Positions 1 to 10,268 of a DNA stretch of 64,000 nt are shown here, one piece after another. The first letter of the stretch is position 1; each line of letters starts with the position of its first letter. Source of the DNA: an uncultured Gammaproteobacteria bacterium (lineage in GTDB: Bacteria; Patescibacteriota; Patescibacteriia; Magasanikbacterales; UBA922). The stretch is from assembly GCA_964519725.1 (NCBI GenBank), contig CAZFKS010000007.1, forward strand, positions 1,221-65,220, written 5' to 3'. The notes below the pieces were generated by a model. It was given only the letters and a program-made list of their open reading frames with translations, had not been told where the DNA came from and did no database searches. The position numbers and the translations under genes are program-made.

Positions 1-2
1 AT

Positions 3-2807
3 GTTTGAGCCGTTCAAAGCCACTTCAACGACATAGTTATCTTCAATACTTGAATTATCAGACCACCCAATTGTTGCTCCTGTAGCCGAAACCGAACTAG
101 CTACAACACTAGTTGGTTCATTTGGCGCATCAAGTAAAGTAAACGTGGCGGTCGAAGTTGAATATGAACCAGCCCCGCCTTGAGCATCAAAATATCTAAT
201 TCGCCAATAGTAGATTGTTTGCGAATTTTCATCGGTATCATCGTTTAATGACAAATTTCTAGTTGGGGCAGTACCAAAATAACCGTATTTCAAATCCTGA
301 CAGCGCGCACCAATTGCGCAACTAGTAATACTTGTACCACTTGATCCAGAATCCCAGTGTGAAATTGTAGTAAAGGCCGAACTGGTGCTAACTTGAATAT
401 GGGCCCGGGTGGCAGTATCGCCGGTCTCGACATCACTAAAAATTGCTGAAAATGAAGGTGTGGTTGTATTTAAGAATGTTGGGTTAGTAGATCCAGATTG
501 AGCAGTACTGCTACTGGCAAATAAGGTGTAAGGAATTCCTGGTGCAATTGTGGCTGAACCAACCGAACCACGTTCACCCGCCGAAGCTGGAGAAGCATTA
601 CCAGCGGCGCCAGCAGTTGAAGTAACATTTCCTGAAAAAGTGCTATTTGCAGTTACTACCAAAATCCGGCCACCACCACCGCCACCACCACCTTCACACG
701 AAACCCCCGAACCGCCACGCCCACCGTTAGCCGTAATTGTTCCTGAACCTGCCAAAGTTGTGGCTTCAATTTTAATACCGCCACCCGCACCAGCACCACC
801 AGCTGAACCACCTGAATAGCAGGAAGCGCTACCAGCTCCCCCGTTAGCACTCACTGTACCATTAATTGTAACCGTAGTTGCAACCAACTTAATTACACCA
901 CCACCAGCCCCACCAGTATCAGTTGCACCAAGACCACCACCACCGCCAGAACCAGCTTCATATTCTGGGGTACTCGTTGTACCATAAACCGCACCACCTC
1001 TACCCGCTGGATTACGGTCTCCATCATAACTTTCACCAAAACCACCAGCACCACCATAAGCACCACCACCTCCCCAAAAAGTTCCAGTTGCACCACCGCC
1101 AGGCCCAAAACCATCGTACGCATATACACCTGCCGATCCGGTAAAATCACCATTACCACCAGCATACCCTCGTGCATTTCCGTGAATAGTACCCCCACTA
1201 TTCACAGTAATTGTTGTGGCCGAAATATTTAAACTATTATCAATCGTTGCCCGGTTAGCCTTATGTGTTAAAGTACCACTTACATTTAAAGTGGATAATG
1301 ACCAGACACTACTAGTAGTTAGACTATCAATTTCAACATACCCGTTCGCACCAATAGTTAGGTCAGTTACATTACTAATTTGAGAGATTGAAGTATATAA
1401 TTGATTTTTACCAGTAACCGTGAGTGAACTTGGTGTGCTAAAAGTTCCATTTACATCCAGAGTGGTGCTGACTGATGTATTTCCCAAGCTAGATGAGGTC
1501 ATGGTGAGGACTGTACTCGAAGTGATAATTAACTTGGCATAATTACTAAGCCACAAATTGGCAATGTTTAAACTAGATGAGGTAAAGGTACTATTGAAGT
1601 CAGTTGAAGACCCATTATTAACATACAGGTCACCATAAGTGGCTGAACTTAATTTTTTATATAAAGTTCCAGCGCCGCCATCAAGCGCGTTGTTTATATT
1701 GCCAAGCCCACCTGCCCCACCATTATATACAAAAGTACCCGAATAAGTATCTGTGTCTTGCCCAGTAATTGCAATTCGACCACCGCCGCCGCCACCAGCA
1801 CCGTCAAACGCACTGCCGTAGCCACTACCTCCGGCCGCACCAATTGCACCGCTACCAGTAAATGTGCCGCCACTGATAAAGTTAATCCAGACCGAACCAC
1901 CAGATCCACCACCACCATAACGTCCACCAGTTGAACCACCATCCCCTGCTGTAGAAGTAACCATCCCGGAAATAGTCGCTGTACCACCACCGGTGATTGA
2001 AAGTTTGATTGTTCCACCCCCTACGCCACCACAACTAAAATGCGCGTATCCACCACTTGAACCATGTTCAAATGGCGCCGTAAGGTCACCATATACATAT
2101 TGGTTTCCTAAATCTAGGTTATTATTTTGTCCACCCAAACCACCATGCGACGCACCAGTTGAATTTGAGGTTGTCCCTGCCTTACCATATCCTGGCCCAA
2201 AACCATTAGCAAATGAACCACAGCTCCCCTTGCTAAAACCCTTGGCCGTTGCGTCAATCTTTCCGCCACTTTGAATATCAACATTAGCCACTGTAAAGAC
2301 AAAACCTTTATCTTGAGTGTTAACATCAGTTGTGTTTATGGTGTGGGTAGCTGTACCGCCATTTTTAACCGTCAAAGTACCGGATAGTGTTTGATTAACA
2401 AAATTGTTTTGTTGAAGAGTACCTTTTGTACTCACAGTCAGAGAACCCGCTGTTCCCAAATTACCAGTGAGAACTAAAGTAGTTGTATAAGTAGCATCCC
2501 CACCTATATCCAAAGAATTAAAGTTAGCTGTTTGTCCTGATGACAAAGTGATTGTTAAACTAGCCGTGCTGGACGTAATTGTCACATCGTCCGCACTGGT
2601 TGGCACTGTTCCGCCGCTCCAGTTTGCACCAGTTTCCCAAGTACCAGTAGCACCACCGACCCAAGTTACACTTGCGCCCTTAGCTTTGGGAATGTAATTG
2701 CTATTAAAACTAAAAAATAATGGTCCAAAAACCAAGTAAAAAACAGTAACAAAGACTGTGACTGCAGACAGGTAAGAAAAGTAGTATTTTCTAGCCTTAA
2801 ATAACAT
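3..2807 (-). CDS. Giant secreted/surface Gly/Ser/Thr-rich protein (runs off the left edge, so partial); N-terminal hydrophobic signal/anchor and two glycine-rich modules
   Basis: Absent from the ORF track because it has no stop in the window. Manual translation from ATG 2807: MLFKARKYYFSYLSAVTVFVTVFYLVFGPLFFSFNSNYIPKAKGASVTWVGGATGTWETGANWSGGTVPTSADDVTI..., followed by repeated GGxGGG/GSGGG motifs. Extended -10 TGaTATAAT upstream (TATAAT at 2834-2839). Confidence 0.85.
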   Translation of the reverse strand, partial: MLFKARKYYFSYLSAVTVFVTVFYLVFGPLFFSFNSNYIPKAKGASVTWVGGATGTWETGANWSGGTVPTSADDVTITSSTASLTITLSSGQTANFNSLDIGGDATYTTTLVLTGNLGTAGSLTVSTKGTLQQNNFVNQTLSGTLTVKNGGTATHTINTTDVNTQDKGFVFTVANVDIQSGGKIDATAKGFSKGSCGSFANGFGPGYGKAGTTSNSTGASHGGLGGQNNNLDLGNQYVYGDLTAPFEHGSSGGYAHFSCGGVGGGTIKLSITGGGTATISGMVTSTAGDGGSTGGRYGGGGSGGSVWINFISGGTFTGSGAIGAAGGSGYGSAFDGAGGGGGGRIAITGQDTDTYSGTFVYNGGAGGLGNINNALDGGAGTLYKKLSSATYGDLYVNNGSSTDFNSTFTSSSLNIANLWLSNYAKLIITSSTVLTMTSSSLGNTSVSTTLDVNGTFSTPSSLTVTGKNQLYTSISQISNVTDLTIGANGYVEIDSLTTSSVWSLSTLNVSGTLTHKANRATIDNSLNISATTITVNSGGTIHGNARGYAGGNGDFTGSAGVYAYDGFGPGGGATGTFWGGGGAYGGAGGFGESYDGDRNPAGRGGAVYGTTSTPEYEAGSGGGGGLGATDTGGAGGGVIKLVATTVTINGTVSANGGAGSASCYSGGSAGGAGAGGGIKIEATTLAGSGTITANGGRGGSGVSCEGGGGGGGGRILVVTANSTFSGNVTSTAGAAGNASPASAGERGSVGSATIAPGIPYTLFASSSTAQSGSTNPTFLNTTTPSFSAIFSDVETGDTATRAHIQVSTSSAFTTISHWDSGSSGTSITSCAIGARCQDLKYGYFGTAPTRNLSLNDDTDENSQTIYYWRIRYFDAQGGAGSYSTSTATFTLLDAPNEPTSVVASSVSATGATIGWSDNSSIEDNYVVEVALNGSN

Positions 2808-2865
2808 AGAAAGACCCGATGAGGGCTTGTACAATTATATCAAATTACAATCTCACTGACGATAT

Positions 2866-2894
2866 AAAAAAGAGCCTTTGTTTAGGCTCTTTTT
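2866..2894 (-). terminator. Intrinsic terminator after the 1160-aa surface protein
   Basis: AAAAAGAGCCT-ttgttt-AGGCTCTTTTT inverted repeat with A/T tracts on both sides. Confidence 0.8.
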
Positions 2895-2911
2895 AAATGG
2901 GTGTGGACAAA

Positions 2912-5900
2912 TTATTTGTTCAAAGCTTCCCAAGTCATTGGACCAACGTTTCCAGTCTGAGAAATGCCTTTGGCTTTTTGGAAACTTTTTACGGCTGCTC
3001 CAGTAGTTGGGCCAAAGTAGCCATTTGGTGTCACATTTTTAGGGAAGAAACCAAGACTTTGCAATTTCTGCTGCACCCAAGTGACTTCTGCGCCAGAATT
3101 ACCTGGATATAAATTCTTTTTAGCAGGCACTGTCACTGGCGCGGCTGATTTTGATTCACTAATTACTCCACCAAAAATTACTTGCCAGGTCGCTGTGTCA
3201 ACAATACCATCAACTTTTAGTCCTTTGGCTTTTTCAAATGCTTTGACTGAGGCTTCAGTCGTTGGGCCAAAGATACTATTAGCCGCAATATTTTTTGGGA
3301 AATAACCTTGCTTTTGCAATTCTACTTGGAGTTGTTTGACATCAGCTCCACTAACATTTCGCTTCAAAGTTCGGCTAAGACTTGGAACACTTGGCTGCGC
3401 CGGAGTCACTGGTGTGGTTGGTGTTGTTGGCTCTTCGATGGTCGGGGCACTGTTGTTTGCCAAGGTAATAGTGTCTGATACTGAAACCATACCGCCTTGA
3501 GCACTACGCAAACGAGCGTACACAGTTTTTTGGCCGTTTCCACTGGAAAGCATCCAAACCATTGGTGAACTGTATGACACAAAGGCCGCTCCAGCAAAGT
3601 TTGGGTCATTAGACAAAGCTACTTGCGCAATATTACTACCATTAAACATTACTTTTACAGTCCGAGAATTAGTTTCATAAGCCCCAGCTTGGATCGTAAA
3701 CGCATTTTTTAACTCATTTTCATCAGTTAAATTTTTAATAACTACTTTGGCTTTGCCTTGTACCAAACCGCCATAAGTCGCACGGACATCAGCAATTTGA
3801 TCATTATTAGTATCAACGTCTTTTGGTACGTTCACTGTTAAAGCCACGGTAATTGGCTCAGACTGAATTCGCAAATTCATGGTTTTTTCTGTCGCACTCA
3901 AATAGGTAAAGGTGTGCGTACTTGCACCCAATGTTCTAGTTACTGGTACATTGGCTGCCAAACTTATTTCAGCTTGTTGTGAAGCAGAAACAGGTGCTGG
4001 CGCAGTTGGTACAGCCGGTGGGCTAGCCGCTGGTGCTGCCCCACCACTATCACCACTGTTTCCTCCTCCGCCACCAGATGAAGCGGCACTGGTAGCAACA
4101 GCAGTTGAATTAGACGAATAACTACTGTAGGAATCATTATCTTGCAAGAATTGGGCCCGAACTTTGAACTGATACTCAGTACTCGCACTCAGCCCAGTGA
4201 CAGTGTAGGTTGTTTGAGTCGTTGTTGCCACAACTGCGCCAGTGGTTACATTATAAAGTTGATACTTAGTTCCTGAACCATTATCTGAAGTCCAACTAAC
4301 AATTAAGCTACTCGCCCCGTTATTGGTCGCAGAAATTGCGGTTGGTGCACTGGCATCAGTGTAGGTTGAAGTTGCCGCCGAATAACTACTGGTATTACTG
4401 TAGGTATCCTGCGCTTTAACTTGGAATAAATATTGAGTATTAGGTACCAAATTAACATACGCTGTTGTGGTTGCACTGGTACTAGTGGCTGAAGCGGTCA
4501 ATGCCGTACTGCTGGCAAAATACAAAGTTGGCGTTCCGGTTGAAGCTGTCCAAAGCAATGACAAACTCGTTGTTTCCACCGAAGCAAATGTTAGTTCTGA
4601 CGGTAATCCAGGCGCTTGGTTATCCACAGTAAACGCCGTGGTTAATTGGTAACTTCCCACTGATATTCCGTCGTCAGCTAAAAATCTAAGTTTAACATTA
4701 CTTGTACTCGAAGCTGCCAAAATGACTGAGGTATCCCAAGTAAATGAAATCTGTTGATCACCGTCAGTGGTTGTGATTCCTAAAATTCTGCCTGTCGCGG
4801 TCGATAAAGAACCACTTTCACCACTGGCACTCGCAATGGTGCTTGAGGTCCAAGTTGATCCTCCATCTAACGAATAATCAACATATAAAGTGGCCGAGTC
4901 GCGATTAGAATCAGCGACCGTTGTAGTCACAGTGATAATACCACTCGCATTGCGCGCCTGAGTTATTCCTGGTTCCACAGTTAAACTAGCTGGACTATTG
5001 TAATTTGCAATTCGCATTGAACTAGTGGCAAATCTAATTCTATATCCAGAAGTGTAGGCAACGGCTAAGGTTTGACTGGAAGTTACATACGTTAAGCCAA
5101 TTCCTGACTTTAGGTTTATATACTCACCATTTACATCATCCGTTATAAACGATGTACTGGTATTTATTTTTGCATATGCCACTGAGCTGGTAGCTACATA
5201 CATTGCTACGGTTTTACCTGAAGCTGGAGCAACAATTGAACTAGCTCTCATTTGGAAATTACTACTACCGGCAGTAGTAGTTGCTGTCAAAGGCACGGTA
5301 TTAGCTAGTGTTGTAGTGGTCCAACTACCATTAGCGCTCAATTGACCATAAACGACACGCATACTAACTCCGGCGATTCCGCTACCCATCTGCGAAAAAT
5401 CATAACTTGTAGCTTGGTAATACAAAACCTGTAGTAGATTATCTGGATCAAGAGCACTGGTATTAAGATTACATTCAAAACACGCAACATCAGTTGAAAA
5501 GACTGACTGTACTGTGCTAATTGTGGTTGATGCCCAGGTAAGACCTAAGTCTGTGGAAGACGCGTAACTGATTTGATACCCCATGGCAGTAGAGGTAGCG
5601 GTAGCATAGATAGCATGAATTACATTTGTGCCATTAGCCTTACTAATACTGAGACCAATCGGAACAATGAGCGGGTCATTGGTATTAACATCTTGGTAGA
5701 AACTGACTGGCACTACTGTCTTAGCCGAAGAAAGAACCCCACCAGTGATGGTTGAGGTCACCACATATAACCCATTAGTGCGGTTAGTTGCCAAGACAGC
5801 GTACATATCGGTTGACGTAGCACTTGCTAAAGCGCTCTCTGACCGAGAAGATACATTGGAATTTAAAGCTAGGGTTGATGTCCAGCTTCCACCCCCATTT

Positions 5901-6394
5901 TGGGTGGTTGCCAAATAAACTTTACGATTATTTGCGCTCCCTTCTGTAAAACTAACTAAATAGGTTTGGTTATAGGTATCAAAAATAAAACCACCCAAAA
6001 CCATCCCACCATCAAAACGAGCAGTTGTGGTTACTGTTCTGGTAGGACTCCAGGTTATACCGTCGGTTGAGGTCGTAAAGTAGATTCCGCAATATCCATT
6101 ACCACTACTTGAGACACCACAAGAAGAAGTCGGTGAAGCAGTTGAAATACTTGAACTACTAAAAAGCATTGCGTACTCACTACGAGACGGAACATATAAC
6201 AATTTAACTTGGGTGTCGCCTGGCACCCGACTTTTAGCCGTCACTGCAGAACTATAGCTTAATTGGGCCGCTTCAGTTTCATCAGCATTTCCAAACCAAT
6301 TTGGAAACCACAAACTCCACACTGCTACTGAAAAAAGGAGACTCAAAATAAAATAAAGTGGAAAATTAAGTCTTATTTTTTCACGGAAACTCAT
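2912..6394 (-). CDS. Cell-surface protein: signal/TM segment, BNR/Asp-box propeller-like region, two fibronectin type III domains, two C-terminal peptidoglycan-binding domains
   Basis: Asp-box-like motifs STDGITWS, STDLGLTW, SLDGGSTW; FN3 motifs LVPNTQYLFQVKA and GLSASTEYQFKVRA; PG_binding_1-like repeats (DVKQLQ..L...GY...FGPTTEASVKAFE and VTWVQQKL..LGF...FGPTTGAAVKSFQ). Confidence 0.85.
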   Translation of the reverse strand: MSFREKIRLNFPLYFILSLLFSVAVWSLWFPNWFGNADETEAAQLSYSSAVTAKSRVPGDTQVKLLYVPSRSEYAMLFSSSSISTASPTSSCGVSSSGNGYCGIYFTTSTDGITWSPTRTVTTTARFDGGMVLGGFIFDTYNQTYLVSFTEGSANNRKVYLATTQNGGGSWTSTLALNSNVSSRSESALASATSTDMYAVLATNRTNGLYVVTSTITGGVLSSAKTVVPVSFYQDVNTNDPLIVPIGLSISKANGTNVIHAIYATATSTAMGYQISYASSTDLGLTWASTTISTVQSVFSTDVACFECNLNTSALDPDNLLQVLYYQATSYDFSQMGSGIAGVSMRVVYGQLSANGSWTTTTLANTVPLTATTTAGSSNFQMRASSIVAPASGKTVAMYVATSSVAYAKINTSTSFITDDVNGEYINLKSGIGLTYVTSSQTLAVAYTSGYRIRFATSSMRIANYNSPASLTVEPGITQARNASGIITVTTTVADSNRDSATLYVDYSLDGGSTWTSSTIASASGESGSLSTATGRILGITTTDGDQQISFTWDTSVILAASSTSNVKLRFLADDGISVGSYQLTTAFTVDNQAPGLPSELTFASVETTSLSLLWTASTGTPTLYFASSTALTASATSTSATTTAYVNLVPNTQYLFQVKAQDTYSNTSSYSAATSTYTDASAPTAISATNNGASSLIVSWTSDNGSGTKYQLYNVTTGAVVATTTQTTYTVTGLSASTEYQFKVRAQFLQDNDSYSSYSSNSTAVATSAASSGGGGGNSGDSGGAAPAASPPAVPTAPAPVSASQQAEISLAANVPVTRTLGASTHTFTYLSATEKTMNLRIQSEPITVALTVNVPKDVDTNNDQIADVRATYGGLVQGKAKVVIKNLTDENELKNAFTIQAGAYETNSRTVKVMFNGSNIAQVALSNDPNFAGAAFVSYSSPMVWMLSSGNGQKTVYARLRSAQGGMVSVSDTITLANNSAPTIEEPTTPTTPVTPAQPSVPSLSRTLKRNVSGADVKQLQVELQKQGYFPKNIAANSIFGPTTEASVKAFEKAKGLKVDGIVDTATWQVIFGGVISESKSAAPVTVPAKKNLYPGNSGAEVTWVQQKLQSLGFFPKNVTPNGYFGPTTGAAVKSFQKAKGISQTGNVGPMTWEALNK

Positions 6395-6456
6395 ATACTA
6401 AAATAAATGGCAGTTAAAGTTAGGCCACCTAAGTATACAATATTTTTGTACAAACC

Positions 6457-6484
6457 AAAAGGCCCGCTGTTCGCGAGGCCTTCA
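6457..6484 (-). terminator. Probable terminator of the rpsB-tsf operon
   Basis: Minus strand AGGCCTCGC-gaaca-GCGGGCCTTTT. Confidence 0.55.
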
Positions 6485-6511
6485 AACTGTGGACAATTTT
6501 TTGCTCAAAAC

Positions 6512-7162
6512 TTATTTACTGAGTTCATGGCCAACTTCAGCTGCAAAATCAGTCACCGGCTTCTCAATTCCTTCACCCAGTTCAAAGCGAACAAAGCGAC
6601 GAATTGAAATTTTTTCACCAATCTCACCTACTTTACTTGTTAAGAGTTGCTCAATCGTTTTTTCTTCGTCTTTGATAAAGGTTTGTTCTAAGAGACAAAT
6701 TTCACTGTAGAACTTACCCATTTTACCTTCCAGAATTTTTTCTACCATTTCCGCTGGCTTGCCTTCAGCTACTAATTGGTCGCGGTACACGGCTTTTTCG
6801 CGTTCCAAAACTTCTGGCGAAACTTCAGTGCGACTGAGATATTTTGGCGCCGCTGCCGCGATATGCATGGCAATGTCAGTCGCCAAAGCGCGAAAACCAT
6901 CAGTACGAGCCACAAAATCAGTTTCGCAGTTAAGTTCTAAGAGTACGCCAATCCGGCCAGCCCCGTGGATATAACTAGTTACCACCCCTTCGGCTGCCAC
7001 CTTATCAGCGCGTTTAGCCGCTTTAGTAGCACCCTTTTTGCGGAGTACATCAACCGCGGCCTCAAAATCACCGTTAGTTTCTTCTAAAGCTTTTTTACAA
7101 TCAAGCATGCCTGCTCCGGTTTGGGCCCGAAGTTTGGCAACATCAGCTGCAGTGATCGCCAT
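6512..7162 (-). CDS. tsf: Translation elongation factor Ts (short form)
   Basis: LRAQTGAGMLDCKKAL and ELNCETDFVA motifs; lies downstream of rpsB. Confidence 0.97.
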   Translation of the reverse strand: MAITAADVAKLRAQTGAGMLDCKKALEETNGDFEAAVDVLRKKGATKAAKRADKVAAEGVVTSYIHGAGRIGVLLELNCETDFVARTDGFRALATDIAMHIAAAAPKYLSRTEVSPEVLEREKAVYRDQLVAEGKPAEMVEKILEGKMGKFYSEICLLEQTFIKDEEKTIEQLLTSKVGEIGEKISIRRFVRFELGEGIEKPVTDFAAEVGHELSK

Positions 7163-7198
7163 ATAACAAAAAATTAATTGTAAATAATTGGACGAGGA

Positions 7199-7882
7199 TT
7201 AGGCGTTTTTACCAGCCTTGATTGTGTCACGAACTAGGTCAATCATCATGGTCAAAGATTTAACCGCATCATCATTAGCTGGAATTGGATAGGTCACTTT
7301 GTCTGGGTTAGCGTTAGTGTCGCAAATACCGATGATTGGTACATTCATTTTATTGGCCTCAACCACAGCGGTTTTTTCACGTTGTACAGAAGGGATAAAG
7401 AGAGCGTCTGGCATGCGTTCCAAAGTCGCGAGGCCAGCCAAGTAAGTGTCCATTTTTTCTAATTCCTTAGCAATTTCAAGTTGTTCTTTTTTAGTATAAT
7501 TGCCCAGCTCACCCTTAGCTTGCTTTTCTTTCAGAGTGTTGTATTTTTTGATGAGCTTTTTGATTTCCGCAAAGTTGGTAAGTAAACCGCCTAACCAGCG
7601 TTCGGTTAAGTATGGCATACCACAAGCAATCGCTGCTTGTTTTACCAGCTCACGGGCTTGTGGCTTGGTGGTCACAAACACGATTTGCTTACCTTCAGCC
7701 GCCATTTGTTTAATGGCTGGAAGAATAGCGTTTAACTGTTCCTCGGTTTTTTCGAGGTTAATAATGTGAATCTGATTGCGTTCACCAAAGATGAATTGCT
7801 TCATTTTTGGGTGCCAACGAGACACATGGTGACCAAAGTGGACACCTGACTGGAGCATGTCCAGTACTGATGGGGTTTTCAT
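7199..7882 (-). CDS. rpsB: 30S ribosomal protein S2
   Basis: GVHFGH, WHPKM, RWLGGLLTNF, DTNANP, PANDD motifs. Confidence 0.97.
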   Translation of the reverse strand: MKTPSVLDMLQSGVHFGHHVSRWHPKMKQFIFGERNQIHIINLEKTEEQLNAILPAIKQMAAEGKQIVFVTTKPQARELVKQAAIACGMPYLTERWLGGLLTNFAEIKKLIKKYNTLKEKQAKGELGNYTKKEQLEIAKELEKMDTYLAGLATLERMPDALFIPSVQREKTAVVEANKMNVPIIGICDTNANPDKVTYPIPANDDAVKSLTMMIDLVRDTIKAGKNA

Positions 7883-7953
7883 ATTTCCTTTTAACCTCCT
7901 GCTGTTTGCCTTGGGGATGGCCCAAAGAGGAAATTGGTCAGCAGTGAGAGATA
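7883..7953 (-). promoter_or_regulatory. Structured rpsB 5' leader (S2-leader/t44-like position)
   Basis: CUGCUG/CAGCAG outer stem enclosing a UUGGG/CCCAA hairpin, followed by GGAGGUUAAAAGGAAAUAUG. Confidence 0.55.
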
Positions 7954-7965
7954 AATAATGGGCCT

Positions 7966-7994
7966 AGTCTAACCTAAAGCTCTTTTTTTGTCAA
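7966..7994 (-). promoter_or_regulatory. Sigma70 promoter of rpsB-tsf
   Basis: TTGACA-17 nt-TAGACT. Confidence 0.7.
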
Positions 7995-8054
7995 GTTAGC
8001 CAAAAATTGGAACTTCACCAGATTTTGTGCTAAAATTGAAAAAATCTTTTATAT

Positions 8055-9848
8055 ATGAAGCTGACCGAACAATACGTTCCCAAAGACGTCCAAGATTTGA
8101 GTCAAATAGACAGCCCAGAAGCAACGGTCGAGTCACCGTCACCCAATATGGCTGAAATCGGCCAGCCCTCGTCTAGCTCAGACAACCCCCAGAAACTGCG
8201 CTCCCAACTAGACGAACTTGATCGGCAACTAAACTCAAGCATTTTTGCCAAAAAGGATAATCTTCCACACCTTGAGGCGTTATATAGTCGAACCAAGGCA
8301 AGACGTGATGCTATTGCCGAACAAATAACTGAAATCGAAGAAAAACCTCGACGCGAGGCCGAAGCTGCTGAATTGGCCAGAAAACAAGAAATTGTAAAAA
8401 ACATCCGCGAAAAAACCAAACAAAAAATTGATTTCTTTACCAAACTCAGAAATACCCCCGAACCTTCACCTTACCAATCGTCAGAGGACCGTGATTTTAT
8501 TGAAGCCGAATTGGCTAAAATCGATCAAATCATACCAATCATGACTGAAGCGATTGTTGATCATCGTTCAGCTCGCAGCAACTTAGCACAAGAAATGGAA
8601 GCAAAAATCCGCAATTATGAAAAAATTCGTCATGCGTACTACGAAGATTTAATTGCCCTTGAAGAAAAAGAACGGGACAGTGAAATTAATCAGGAAATCA
8701 CTGATCTAATTAAACAAAGCCAATTACCAGCTGAGCTTGAAAACTTTGTCAGTACAGAAGAAGTAATCACTGAACTCATCAATCGTGGCTATCGGCCCCA
8801 GACTAAAAAAACGTCCCTCTCTGAAAACCTTCTGGCCATCGTTCGTGGCCAAATAGAGGCCAGCAAACAAACTCTCCTACTTAAATTTTCCGAAGTTAAA
8901 TTCGATTCAAACGGTGAGCCGCTCCTTGGTTTGTGGGGGCGTATTACAGGCAAGATCAAAACTATTAAGAATACGGCAGAATACCAAAAATTCAAACTCT
9001 TATTGGATTTTGGTAATTTTTTAACAACCAAACCACAACCCATTGAGACTGCGTCACCCAAACAACGGACTAGCAAAAAACAACAGTCACTCTCAAAACT
9101 TAGACCAATTTTAGCCTCTGGCGTAGCAGCCATAACTGCATCCAGTAATGTAGAAGAAAAAACAGACTACACACCAACTTTCGAACCAGCCGCCTCAACT
9201 ATCACTACCAACAAGAATCAAACCACTGAATCAGTTCAAGCTATTGACTCAACCCCAACCATAGTGGTTGAACCACGGACAGCCGAACCTGAAAAATCCA
9301 TGGCTTCAGCCGCCCTTGAACCAGAAGCAAACATCGTGACTAAAACTAATCCTAGTCCACGCACTCGTTCAGAAAAAACCATTCTAACTGAGGCAAAATT
9401 TACCAATCCCACCTCAAAGCGCACTGAACAGTTAATGGCTGACGCCTTTTCACCAGCCAAGAGCGTGGTTTCTGAGTCAGACAGTGAGGCCGAAGATACT
9501 GATCTAGTTGATAATACTGAAGTAAAACCACAAAAAGAGTCTAAAAAAGTATCTAAACATAAACAAACCGCCGCTGAAATTGTAGCTAGTTTAGGTCTTA
9601 ACTCAATTCCCGCCGAAATGCGCGTAGAGACAAAAGCAGTAACTGGGTTATCTGCCCCTGAATTAAACCAACTTACCAGACGTCTTCAAAAATTAGGCTT
9701 TAGTTCACCCGACCAATCTCGCATTATCAGCACTACTGCTAAACTGATTAAGGACCTATCCCCAGACAGTCGGGCCAAAAAACTGGCCTCAATTCAGCAA
9801 ATGGATTACCAGAAGCTAAGGAAGTTATTTAGAAATAGCCTATTATAG
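8055..9848 (+). CDS. Hypothetical protein with a coiled-coil N-terminal half and a low-complexity S/T/E/P C-terminal half
   Basis: 597-aa ORF filling the gap between rpsB and rpmE; no recognisable motif. Confidence 0.75.
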   Translation: MKLTEQYVPKDVQDLSQIDSPEATVESPSPNMAEIGQPSSSSDNPQKLRSQLDELDRQLNSSIFAKKDNLPHLEALYSRTKARRDAIAEQITEIEEKPRREAEAAELARKQEIVKNIREKTKQKIDFFTKLRNTPEPSPYQSSEDRDFIEAELAKIDQIIPIMTEAIVDHRSARSNLAQEMEAKIRNYEKIRHAYYEDLIALEEKERDSEINQEITDLIKQSQLPAELENFVSTEEVITELINRGYRPQTKKTSLSENLLAIVRGQIEASKQTLLLKFSEVKFDSNGEPLLGLWGRITGKIKTIKNTAEYQKFKLLLDFGNFLTTKPQPIETASPKQRTSKKQQSLSKLRPILASGVAAITASSNVEEKTDYTPTFEPAASTITTNKNQTTESVQAIDSTPTIVVEPRTAEPEKSMASAALEPEANIVTKTNPSPRTRSEKTILTEAKFTNPTSKRTEQLMADAFSPAKSVVSESDSEAEDTDLVDNTEVKPQKESKKVSKHKQTAAEIVASLGLNSIPAEMRVETKAVTGLSAPELNQLTRRLQKLGFSSPDQSRIISTTAKLIKDLSPDSRAKKLASIQQMDYQKLRKLFRNSLL

Positions 9849-9852
9849 CCTC

Positions 9853-9882
9853 TTGACAAGAACCGGGCGTCTATGGTACACT
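9853..9882 (+). promoter_or_regulatory. Sigma70 promoter of rpmE
   Basis: TTGACA-18 nt-TACACT with TG extension. Confidence 0.6.
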
Positions 9883-9904
9883 CCTCGCACTAAAATAAGT
9901 CTTT

Positions 9905-10207
9905 ATGAAGCCAAAGATTCACCCAAATTATTCTTCAAATGTAACCGTTACCTGCTCTTGTGGTAATACTTTTGTGACTGGTTCAACCAAGGACATGCTC
10001 CGGGTTGAAATCTGCGGCGCTTGCCACCCATTTTACACTGGCCAAGAACGTTTGATCGACACTGCTCGTCGGGTTGAGAAATTCCAAGACAAAATGGCTA
10101 AAATTGAAGCTGCTGGTGGTATTAAAGCCAAAAAAGTTAAAGACGCTGTCCGCAAGGCTAAGAAAGCTGAAGCTGCTAAGACAAAAAAGGCTGAAGACGC
10201 TAAATAG
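9905..10207 (+). CDS. rpmE: 50S ribosomal protein L31 (Zn-binding type, Lys/Ala-rich tail)
   Basis: [23 protein letters not shown] motifs. Confidence 0.95.
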   Translation: MKPKIHPNYSSNVTVTCSCGNTFVTGSTKDMLRVEICGACHPFYTGQERLIDTARRVEKFQDKMAKIEAAGGIKAKKVKDAVRKAKKAEAAKTKKAEDAK

Positions 10208-10220
10208 TTTTGAACATTTA

Positions 10221-10247
10221 AAAAGCAGGTATTTATGCCTGTTTTTT
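10221..10247 (+). terminator. Terminator after rpmE
   Basis: GCAGGTAT-tt-ATGCCTGT followed by a T-tract. Confidence 0.65.
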
Positions 10248-10268
10248 ATTTTAGTGTAAAATACCTGT

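Noticed and set aside
550-2326. Short Pro-, His- or Val-rich ORFs in the track
   Set aside because: They are antisense or off-frame shadows of the Gly-rich giant gene (3-2807, minus).
6512-7162. Short EF-Ts as a truncated pseudogene
   Set aside because: Short EF-Ts is a known natural form and its motifs are intact.
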